A stretch of 64,000 nucleotides of DNA, taken from NCBI GenBank assembly GCA_041686095.1, contig JAWLEN010000002.1, positions 8,143 through 72,142 on the forward strand. Reading direction: 5' to 3'. Made by a program: the position numbers and the translations under genes. The notes below the pieces were generated by a model that saw only the letters and a program-made list of their open reading frames with translations, had not been told where the DNA came from and did no database searches. This DNA is from Candidatus Aminicenantes bacterium. Its GTDB lineage: Bacteria; Acidobacteriota; Aminicenantia; Aminicenantales; Aminicenantaceae. Shown here piece by piece: positions 52,379 to 59,237 of this stretch (position 1 is its first letter; each line of letters begins with the position of its first letter).

Positions 52379-53454
52379 TTGTTCTTATGGATTTTTATCC
52401 CGTTATCCACATGCACAATATAAGCCTTGGCTCCTGATTTTTCCAGTTTATTGGCTACTTTTTCTGCCCTGTCAGGAGCATAAGCGAAAATGCATCCACC
52501 CTCTCCGGATCCGTTTATTTTAGCTCCCAGGGCTCCTTCATCAAGAGCCGTCTTTATCATTTTATCTATTTTTGGAGATGAAATCTGTAAATAGTTTCTG
52601 ATGACCTCCTGCTGCTGGGTAAGGAGGGTTCCGAATTTTTTATGATCAAATATTTTTTCTTTAAATAGAATTTCTCCCTGGGCGGTGATGTCTCGAGTCA
52701 TGAGAGTGCCTTTTAAAAGTCTTTTTTCAATTTCAGGGAGTTTTTCAATTTCTTCTTTTATTTGTGAAGAAAGAGGACTTTGAAGACCAAAGTTGTTTAT
52801 TTTTGTTTTTACGTGTGAAACAGCTTTCATGACATTGGATTTTATAAATCCTATAGTTCCGGTGGTGTCTTTTCGGATAAGTGAATCAGCAAGAACAAAT
52901 TTTTTCAAAGGGCTTTTAAATTGAGTGACTTTTAGTTTTTTCCCAAAGTGTATACAGATGACCTGACCGAGAGATGATGAATAATGGTCCATCTTCCCTC
53001 CAGGTTCCTTAAATTCAGCCACTTCTGATTGAAAAGCCAGTTCAGCGATTTGTTTGGGATGGACCGATCTTTTTTCTCGGGCTGCTTTTAAAAGAAATCC
53101 GATCCAGGCCACCACCAATGCTGAAGAACTGGCAGTGCCTGAATTAATGGGAATAGCGCCCTGAACCCGGGCTTCCCATCCAGAGTGAGGAGTGATGTTT
53201 TTTCTTAGCAGGATATTCATTGCACTCTTTAAGTAATCCCTTTCTTTAATGTAGGACAGCTCTTCTCCTAAAGGAAATTCATCTTTTTCTCCAATATCAG
53301 GAAGGTCTAGTTTGATCTTTTTATCAGGAATAGCATTTCCTGTTATTGATATTCTTAGGTTTATGGCTCCAGCTATAATGGGGAGGCCAAAATAGTCTTG
53401 ATGTTCTCCCAGCAGACACAATCTCCCTGGAGCCGATACCTTTAGTTTCTCCAT
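52375..53454 (-). CDS. GHMP-family sugar kinase (galactokinase-like)
   Basis: APGRLCLLGEHQDYFGLPIIAGAINL (galactokinase-type GEHxDY) and GHMP motif PINSGTASSSALVVA. 4-nt overlap with efp. Confidence 0.75.
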   Translation of the reverse strand: MEKLKVSAPGRLCLLGEHQDYFGLPIIAGAINLRISITGNAIPDKKIKLDLPDIGEKDEFPLGEELSYIKERDYLKSAMNILLRKNITPHSGWEARVQGAIPINSGTASSSALVVAWIGFLLKAAREKRSVHPKQIAELAFQSEVAEFKEPGGKMDHYSSSLGQVICIHFGKKLKVTQFKSPLKKFVLADSLIRKDTTGTIGFIKSNVMKAVSHVKTKINNFGLQSPLSSQIKEEIEKLPEIEKRLLKGTLMTRDITAQGEILFKEKIFDHKKFGTLLTQQQEVIRNYLQISSPKIDKMIKTALDEGALGAKINGSGEGGCIFAYAPDRAEKVANKLEKSGAKAYIVHVDNGIKIHKNK

Positions 53455-53468
53455 TTCTATTGTTTCTT

Positions 53469-53496
53469 ATTATCTAAAGTATAAGAATCGTGTCAA
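53469..53496 (-). promoter_or_regulatory. sigma70-like promoter candidate for the GHMP-efp-AOR-aldolase operon
   Basis: Minus strand TTGACA (53496-53491), 16 nt, GATAAT (53474-53469), 14 nt upstream of ATG 53454. Confidence 0.45.
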
Positions 53497-53572
53497 ATTG
53501 TTTTGACCTTTGCGTTTCAATTTAATTTATTTTTTTATCTTGAAAATTTGAAGGTATGGCTGAAGCGATATT

Positions 53573-53764
53573 AAAGGAAGCCTTTCCAAAACCGTGATAC
53601 ATGTGAAGTATAATGTTTAATAAGGGGAGAGGGCGAGGGATGAGGAATCCCCTGTGAGGGCGGAGCGGGCAGGGTTCCTCTTTAGAGGGGAGCGAAGCCC
53701 GAACCGGGAGGGAGATTCCACGCTGGGGAATCGAGCGGGTGACGAATCCCTTGCCCTTCCCCTT
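53573..53764 (+). repeat. GC-rich structured repeat, full copy A (candidate multi-copy ncRNA)
   Basis: ~50-nt AT-rich leader (...CCAAAACCGTGATACATGTGAAGTATAATGTTTAATAA) and a 139-nt GC-rich core (53624-53762). About 95% identical to 57308-57499 by hand count. The core ends GGGGAGAGGGCGAGGGAT / ATCCCTTGCCCTTCCCC pair over 17 bp with one bulged A. Confidence 0.85.
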
Positions 53765-53870
53765 CAAAAATCTGAAGGGAGCACAAGCCAAATCTGATTT
53801 TCAAATCCTTTTCTTGCAGAGCGTTTGGTTTGAGTCTATCATATATAATCTGATGGAATGAGGAGGCCGG

Positions 53871-54680
53871 ATGAAAGAACTTTGTTTTTTAGGAACGGGA
53901 GGTTCTCTTCCATGGAAAGACAGAAGCAATGCTTCTTTGGTTTTGAATATAGAAAATGATTTATTACTTATAGACTGCCCCGGGGATGCCTTTGGCAAGA
54001 TAAAAAAATTAGATTTGGATCCTCGAAATATCTATTCTATATTTGTCACCCATACCCATCCAGATCATATTTATGGTCTTCCTGCCCTTATCCACAGTTT
54101 GATGTTAGTAGAAATGTCAATTCTCCTCTACGGCTCTGGAGAAACTATCAAGTTTTGCAAACAATTACTGGACCTTTTCAATCTATTAGACAAGAAGATA
54201 AAATGCCGGGTTCGATTCAAGAAGGTTTATCCGGATCAATTTTTTGAAATACACCGTTTTCTCCGGGCTTGCTCCATAAAAACACCGCATACATCATCAT
54301 CACTGGGTATTTGTTTTGATTTTGGAGATGAGCAATTAAGACTTATTTACTCTGGAGATACGCCGGTGTATCTGCCTCTTTTTAAAAATAGTGGAAGTCC
54401 GGATATACTTATCCATGACTGCAGTGCTCCCTCCCGTTATTTTAAGAAGTATCCTTCTCTTTCAAAGATGCACACCAGTTCCCTTGATTTGGGGAAAATA
54501 GCCCAGCAAGCAGGAGTCAGATTCTTGATTCCCATACATTTTTTTGGTGAGCTGGACTATTCATTAGATGAGATTGAAAAAGAAATAAGAAAAAATTACA
54601 AAAACCGGCTGATGATCCCTAAAGATCTGGATAAGATAGAGATCTCCAAATCTTTATTATCAATAGATGTTGAAGCTTGA
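53871..54680 (+). CDS. MBL-fold metallo-hydrolase (RNase Z-like)
   Basis: FLGTGGS, LIDCPG, and VTHTHPDHIYGLP (HxHxDH). Confidence 0.75.
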   Translation: MKELCFLGTGGSLPWKDRSNASLVLNIENDLLLIDCPGDAFGKIKKLDLDPRNIYSIFVTHTHPDHIYGLPALIHSLMLVEMSILLYGSGETIKFCKQLLDLFNLLDKKIKCRVRFKKVYPDQFFEIHRFLRACSIKTPHTSSSLGICFDFGDEQLRLIYSGDTPVYLPLFKNSGSPDILIHDCSAPSRYFKKYPSLSKMHTSSLDLGKIAQQAGVRFLIPIHFFGELDYSLDEIEKEIRKNYKNRLMIPKDLDKIEISKSLLSIDVEA

Positions 54681-56326
54681 AAAATGATTCTCAAAGGATT
54701 GAGATGATGAAAGAAATATCAGACAAAAAAGCAGATCTCATTCTTAAAAATGGTCGATTTTGGACTGTTGATCCAGCCCATCCAAATGCTGAGGCAGTGG
54801 CTGTTCACAAAGGCCGGATTCTGGAAATTGGCTCCTGGGGACAAGTCAAACATTTTACGGATCAAAAAACCCAGTTCATTGATTTGGAGGGAGCTTTTGT
54901 GCTTCCTGGCTTTACTGACAGTCATACTCATTTTTTGGAGGGCGGGCTCAGTCTTTCTTCCATTAACTTAAGGAATGTTAGCAGCAAAGAAGAGTTTGTA
55001 AAAAAGATAAAGAAAGAAGCTGATGAGTTGGGAAAAAGAACATGGATAACAGGCGGAGAGTGGGATCATCAACAGTTTGATTCAAAACAGCTGCCAAAAA
55101 AAGAGTGGATTGATGGGATCACTCCAGAAAATCCAGTTTGTGTGAGCCGGAAAGATATGCACATGGTCTTTGCAAATAGCCTGGCATTAAAATTAGCTGG
55201 GATCAGCAAGCACACCTCTGATCCAGAAGGGGGTGAAGTAATGAAAGATCCTAAAACAGGAGAGCCCACTGGAGTACTGACAGATGCTGCTGTGGATTTG
55301 GTTCTGAAAAAGATTCCAGAGCCAGGATCTGAAGAAAAGATCAGGGCAGCCAAGAAAGCAATCGAGTTCGCCCATAAAAAAGGAGTGACATCTGTCCATG
55401 AAATGGGGCCCATCCATAATCTGGAGGTCTACGAAGAGCTTTATAAGCGACAGGAATTGGATCTTCGCATCTGTCTGTATCCGCCTATTTCTATCATAGA
55501 TCATTGGCCTGAATCTCAATTAAAAAGGAAGGAGAAGAAGAATTTTTACAAGATGGGAGGACTGAAAGGATTTGTGGATGGTTCATTGGGCTCATCCACG
55601 GCCTTGTTTTTTGAACCCTACACAGATAATGCAGACAAGAAAGGCCTATTGGCATCGGATATGTTTCCTGAAGGAAAAATGGAGGAGAGAATCCAGAAGG
55701 CGGATAAGGAGGGTCTCCAGGTGGCTGTTCATGCCATTGGTAATAAAGCCAACCACATCATTTTAAACATATTTGAAAATGTAATGAAATCAGGTCAAAA
55801 AAGAGACCGCAGATGGAGGATAGAGCATGCCCAGCACCTTATTTTTGAAGACATAGTTCGGATGGGAGAATTGGAGGTATTGGCTTCAGTCCAGCCATAT
55901 CATTTGATTGATGATGGGCAGTGGGCAGAGAAAAGAATTGGTTCATCCCGGGTTCGTTATTCCTATCCTTATAGATCCTTACTGGAGAACAAGGTTAAAC
56001 TGGTTTTTGGATCTGATTGGACTGTAGCCCCTCTAGATCCACTCTCAGGAATTTTTTCTGCTGTGACAAGAAGCACTTTGGACGGTAAAAACACTCAAGG
56101 ATGGGTGCCCGAAGAAAAAATTTCTGTTCTGGAAGCGCTTAAAGGATGCACTATAAATCCGGCTTTTGCTGAATTTTCTGAAAACATCAAAGGATCCCTA
56201 AAAAAAGGCAAGCTGGCAGACATGGTGGTGCTTAATAAAAACCTTTTGAATATAGATCCTTTTGAAATAAGGGATACCCAGATTTTAATGACCCTGTTTA
56301 ATGGAAGGATTGTGTATAAAAAATGA
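54677..56326 (+). CDS. amidohydrolase-family protein (YtcJ / amidohydrolase 3-like)
   Basis: LPGFTDSHTHFLEGG (HxH), AVHAIGNKA, EHAQH, FGSDWTVAP. 4-nt overlaps on both sides. Confidence 0.8.
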   Translation: MKNDSQRIEMMKEISDKKADLILKNGRFWTVDPAHPNAEAVAVHKGRILEIGSWGQVKHFTDQKTQFIDLEGAFVLPGFTDSHTHFLEGGLSLSSINLRNVSSKEEFVKKIKKEADELGKRTWITGGEWDHQQFDSKQLPKKEWIDGITPENPVCVSRKDMHMVFANSLALKLAGISKHTSDPEGGEVMKDPKTGEPTGVLTDAAVDLVLKKIPEPGSEEKIRAAKKAIEFAHKKGVTSVHEMGPIHNLEVYEELYKRQELDLRICLYPPISIIDHWPESQLKRKEKKNFYKMGGLKGFVDGSLGSSTALFFEPYTDNADKKGLLASDMFPEGKMEERIQKADKEGLQVAVHAIGNKANHIILNIFENVMKSGQKRDRRWRIEHAQHLIFEDIVRMGELEVLASVQPYHLIDDGQWAEKRIGSSRVRYSYPYRSLLENKVKLVFGSDWTVAPLDPLSGIFSAVTRSTLDGKNTQGWVPEEKISVLEALKGCTINPAFAEFSENIKGSLKKGKLADMVVLNKNLLNIDPFEIRDTQILMTLFNGRIVYKK

Positions 56327-57306
56327 TTTACCTATATTTTGCTGCTTTGGTGATATCCTTAATAGTGCTTTTTAAGTGCGCTGATTTTTTCATTGAAGGT
56401 TCTGTAGGCGTAGCTCATATTTTTAGCATACCTAAGTTAGTGGTGGGAATTGTTTTTATGGGACTTGCCACCACAGCGCCTGAGTTGGCGGTTTCGGTCC
56501 AGGCTGCATTTCTGGGGCATCCTGAAATATCTTTAGGAAATGCCATTGGCTCTGTTATAGCTGATGATGGAATTGCCATGGCTTTAGCAGGCATTGTGGC
56601 TTCTACGGCTATTATTGTCAACTGCCGTGTTCTGAGAATCATAGGCTTTTTTCTCCTGGGCGTTGATTTTTTTGCTTATTTATTAGTCATGAATGGAGAA
56701 GTAAGCCGTATCGAAGGAATGGCCTTATTAGGCCTTTTAGTTTTTTATTTTTTGCTCATTATTTTTATGCATAAGAGAAAAAAAGGATTCCTTCCTTCTT
56801 CTGAAGAACAGTTGGCCAAAGAGGAACATTATTCTGATGAGAACAGAAGCCGGAGGATTAGAAAATATATATTTTACTTTATAGGTGGAGTCATAGGAGT
56901 TGTGTTGACCAGCCGGGTTATTATATGGTCAGCTGTCCATATATCCCATTATTTTTCTATTTCAGAAACAGTAATTGGCCTTACTGTGATTGCTATTGGA
57001 ACCTCTCTTCCTGAAATCAGCACAGCCGTGACAGCTGCTGTAAAGGGGGAAGGAGATATTGCTATAGGCAATATATTAGGAGCAGATGTGTTGAATATAT
57101 TATGGATTATTGGGATGTCTGCAGTGGTCAGGCCTATTAATGTGGAAGTCGAAGTGATTCGATTCACCTTTCCCTATATGATACTTATCGTCACTGTTAT
57201 GCTGGTTTCTATGAGGATAGGGTGTCGGTTTGGAAGATTAAAAGGAATCATTCTTCTATTCTTCTATATCATTTATTTTATTTGGACTCTGAAATTTTTC
57301 CTTTAA
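56323..57306 (+). CDS. Ca2+/cation antiporter (CaCA, YrbG-like)
   Basis: Two alpha-repeat motifs, GNAIGSVIADDG and GNILGADVLNILW. About 10 TM helices. Confidence 0.8.
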   Translation: MIYLYFAALVISLIVLFKCADFFIEGSVGVAHIFSIPKLVVGIVFMGLATTAPELAVSVQAAFLGHPEISLGNAIGSVIADDGIAMALAGIVASTAIIVNCRVLRIIGFFLLGVDFFAYLLVMNGEVSRIEGMALLGLLVFYFLLIIFMHKRKKGFLPSSEEQLAKEEHYSDENRSRRIRKYIFYFIGGVIGVVLTSRVIIWSAVHISHYFSISETVIGLTVIAIGTSLPEISTAVTAAVKGEGDIAIGNILGADVLNILWIIGMSAVVRPINVEVEVIRFTFPYMILIVTVMLVSMRIGCRFGRLKGIILLFFYIIYFIWTLKFFL

Positions 57307-57307
57307 G

Positions 57308-57499
57308 AAAGGAAGAATTCCCAAAACCGTGATACAGGTGAAGTATTATGTTTATTAAGGGGAGAGGGCAGGGGATGAGGAATCCCCTGTGAGGGCGGAG
57401 CGGGCATGGTTCCTCTTTAGAGGGGAGCGAAGCCCGAACCGGGAGAGAGATTCCACGCTGGGGAATCGAGCGGGTGACGAATCCCTTGCCCTTCCCCTT
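57308..57499 (+). repeat. GC-rich structured repeat, full copy B (candidate multi-copy ncRNA)
   Basis: Starts 2 nt after the antiporter stop. Core 57359-57497 (139 nt) differs from copy A at 4 positions. Same 17-bp closing helix. Confidence 0.85.
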
Positions 57500-57573
57500 A
57501 TATGTCAAATAAAATCTACCACGGTATTAGAAATGATTCCTTTAAGAATATTTTATTTGATAGAATAAAAAAA

Positions 57574-57601
57574 TTGACTTAAAATATTTATTTGATAAGA
57601 T
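57574..57601 (+). promoter_or_regulatory. sigma70-like promoter candidate for the ald-like/nuoEFG-like operon
   Basis: TTGACT (57574-57579), 16 nt, TAAGAT (57596-57601), 27 nt upstream of ATG 57629. Confidence 0.45.
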
Positions 57602-57628
57602 GACTTGTTATCGATGGAGGAGGACTTC

Positions 57629-58741
57629 ATGAACATTGGAGTCATAAATGAAAGCTCGAAAATAGAGAACAGAGCCGGTTTGTCTCCAAGCGGCGTTTCT
57701 TTCCTGGTAGAAAAAGGACATCAAGTATTTATACAGGCAGGCGCTGGGTTTAAAGCTGGTTACTCTAATGAAGATTTTGTTTCTTTAGGGGCTCATATTG
57801 TTTTCACTAAAGAAGAAGTTTTTGGGCGTTCTGATGTGGTGCTTAATATCTCTCCTCTAGACCAGGAGGAATGTGCTCTGGTTAGGGAAAATCAGATTCT
57901 GTTTGGCTTTCATCATCTTGCTGTAGCAAAAAAAGACATTATTGAGGGACTTATCAAGAAGAATGTCACTATGATAGGCTATGAGATAGTGAAAGACGGG
58001 GAAGAAGACCTCCCTTTTATAAGCAGCCTTAGTGAGATAGCAGGACAGATGTGTCATGTTATCTCAGGGCATTACCTGCAGTCTTGTTATGGAGGAAGGG
58101 GCTTGATTATTGGAGGAGTGGTCAGTGTCCCTCCAGCTACAGCTGTGATTGTTGGAAGCACCTTATTGGCAAGAAGTGCCATCAAAGCTATGATTGGGGC
58201 AGGGGCGCACACCATAGCCTTAGGTCGGTACATAGATAAGCTCAAAGAACTGGAAGAGATGACTCAAGGAAGATTGGTAACTCTGATGGCCAGTAATTAC
58301 AATCTGGAGAGAATGGTTGAGATAGCTGATATTCTTATCGGAGCTGTCCTGCGTCCAGGAGAAAGGGCTCCTGTTATGATCACCAGGGAAATGATCAAAA
58401 AAATGAAAAAGGGATCAATCATCATTGATTTGTCTATTGACCAAGGTGGCTGTATTGAGACCAGTCGTCCCACCAGTTTGGAACACCCCACATTTATGGA
58501 AGAAGGAGTGATCCATTATTGTGTGCCAAATATCACTTCTTCTGTCAGCCGGACTTCAACTAAAGTTCTTTCAAATCTAGTGGTTCCGTATCTTCTGCAA
58601 ATCGGAGAATATGGAATCAACGAAACTTTGAAAAGGAATCAAGCGCTGCGCTGTGGAGTGTATATTTATAAGAAAAATATGGTAAAAAAGAACATCGCAG
58701 AAAGATTTAATTTGCCGTTCAAAAAATTGGATCTTGATTGA
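57629..58741 (+). CDS. alanine-dehydrogenase-family protein with degenerate NAD and catalytic motifs
   Basis: Collinear with Ald (MNIGV..ENRAG.., IDQGGCIETSRPTS..HPTF, HYCVPN). The GxGxxG site reads VGSTLLA, the following acidic residue (VLD in M. tuberculosis Ald) reads ALG, and the KVKEP catalytic-Lys region reads LNISPL. ATG 57629 has RBS GGAGGAGG. Confidence 0.7.
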   Translation: MNIGVINESSKIENRAGLSPSGVSFLVEKGHQVFIQAGAGFKAGYSNEDFVSLGAHIVFTKEEVFGRSDVVLNISPLDQEECALVRENQILFGFHHLAVAKKDIIEGLIKKNVTMIGYEIVKDGEEDLPFISSLSEIAGQMCHVISGHYLQSCYGGRGLIIGGVVSVPPATAVIVGSTLLARSAIKAMIGAGAHTIALGRYIDKLKELEEMTQGRLVTLMASNYNLERMVEIADILIGAVLRPGERAPVMITREMIKKMKKGSIIIDLSIDQGGCIETSRPTSLEHPTFMEEGVIHYCVPNITSSVSRTSTKVLSNLVVPYLLQIGEYGINETLKRNQALRCGVYIYKKNMVKKNIAERFNLPFKKLDLD

Positions 58742-59237
58742 TAAAAAGAAAAACAAAATAGAAGTGGAGAAGATTTTAAAAAAGTTCAATCCTGAAAGAA
58801 AAGAACTCATTCACATCCTCCATAAAGTCCAAGCAGAGGAGGGGTTTATTTCTCCGGAAGCGATTTCTGAGATATCAAAATACCTCAGCATATCAGAGGG
58901 AGAAGTCTATGGTGTCTTGACTTTTTATAATGCCTTCACTCTAGAACCTAAAGGAAAGCATACCATCACCATTTGCATGGGAACAGCATGTCATGTTCGA
59001 GGCGCCCCAGCTGTACTGGATGAGTTTTCCCGACTGCTGGATATTTCACCCGGTCAGACCACAGAAAACAAGAATTTTACTTTGGAAACAGTAAACTGTG
59101 TGGGAGCTTGCGCTTTGGGGCCTATAGTCATTACAGATGGAGATTACCATGGACATGCCACTGCCAGAGATGCCAAAAAAATACTCCATCATTTGAAAGA
59201 GGAAAAAGATAAGAATAAGGATAATGAAAAAAGCTGA
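58734..59237 (+). CDS. NuoE/HydC-like thioredoxin-fold [2Fe-2S] subunit
   Basis: ICMGTACHVRGA ... VNCVGACALGPIV (four-Cys NuoE pattern). Non-ATG start (TTG 58734 or GTG about 58764) overlaps the ald-like stop. Confidence 0.8.
   Translation: MIDKKKNKIEVEKILKKFNPERKELIHILHKVQAEEGFISPEAISEISKYLSISEGEVYGVLTFYNAFTLEPKGKHTITICMGTACHVRGAPAVLDEFSRLLDISPGQTTENKNFTLETVNCVGACALGPIVITDGDYHGHATARDAKKILHHLKEEKDKNKDNEKS

Noticed and set aside
53624-53762. Possible self-cleaving ribozyme (hammerhead or twister) or RNase P-like fragment in the GC-rich core, prompted by CUGUGAGG, AAGCCCG and GAGGAAUCCCC strings
   Set aside because: The hammerhead core CUGANGA...GAAA is not present. The twister-like resemblance is a single heptamer. 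The RNase P P4-like string is partial, and the element is only 139 nt and multi-copy. A covariance-model search is needed before any such claim.
53522-53791. 89-aa minus-strand ORF, and its 76-aa twin at 57278-57508, sharing GKGKGFVTRSIPQRGISLPVRASLPSKEEPCPLRPHRGFLIP
   Set aside because: Both are read straight through the GC-rich repeat copies. The shared peptide is a by-product of DNA repeat identity. There is no RBS, the ends differ, and the sequence is Pro/Arg/Gly-rich as expected from GC-rich non-coding DNA. I treat the region as a repeat or ncRNA candidate, not a gene.
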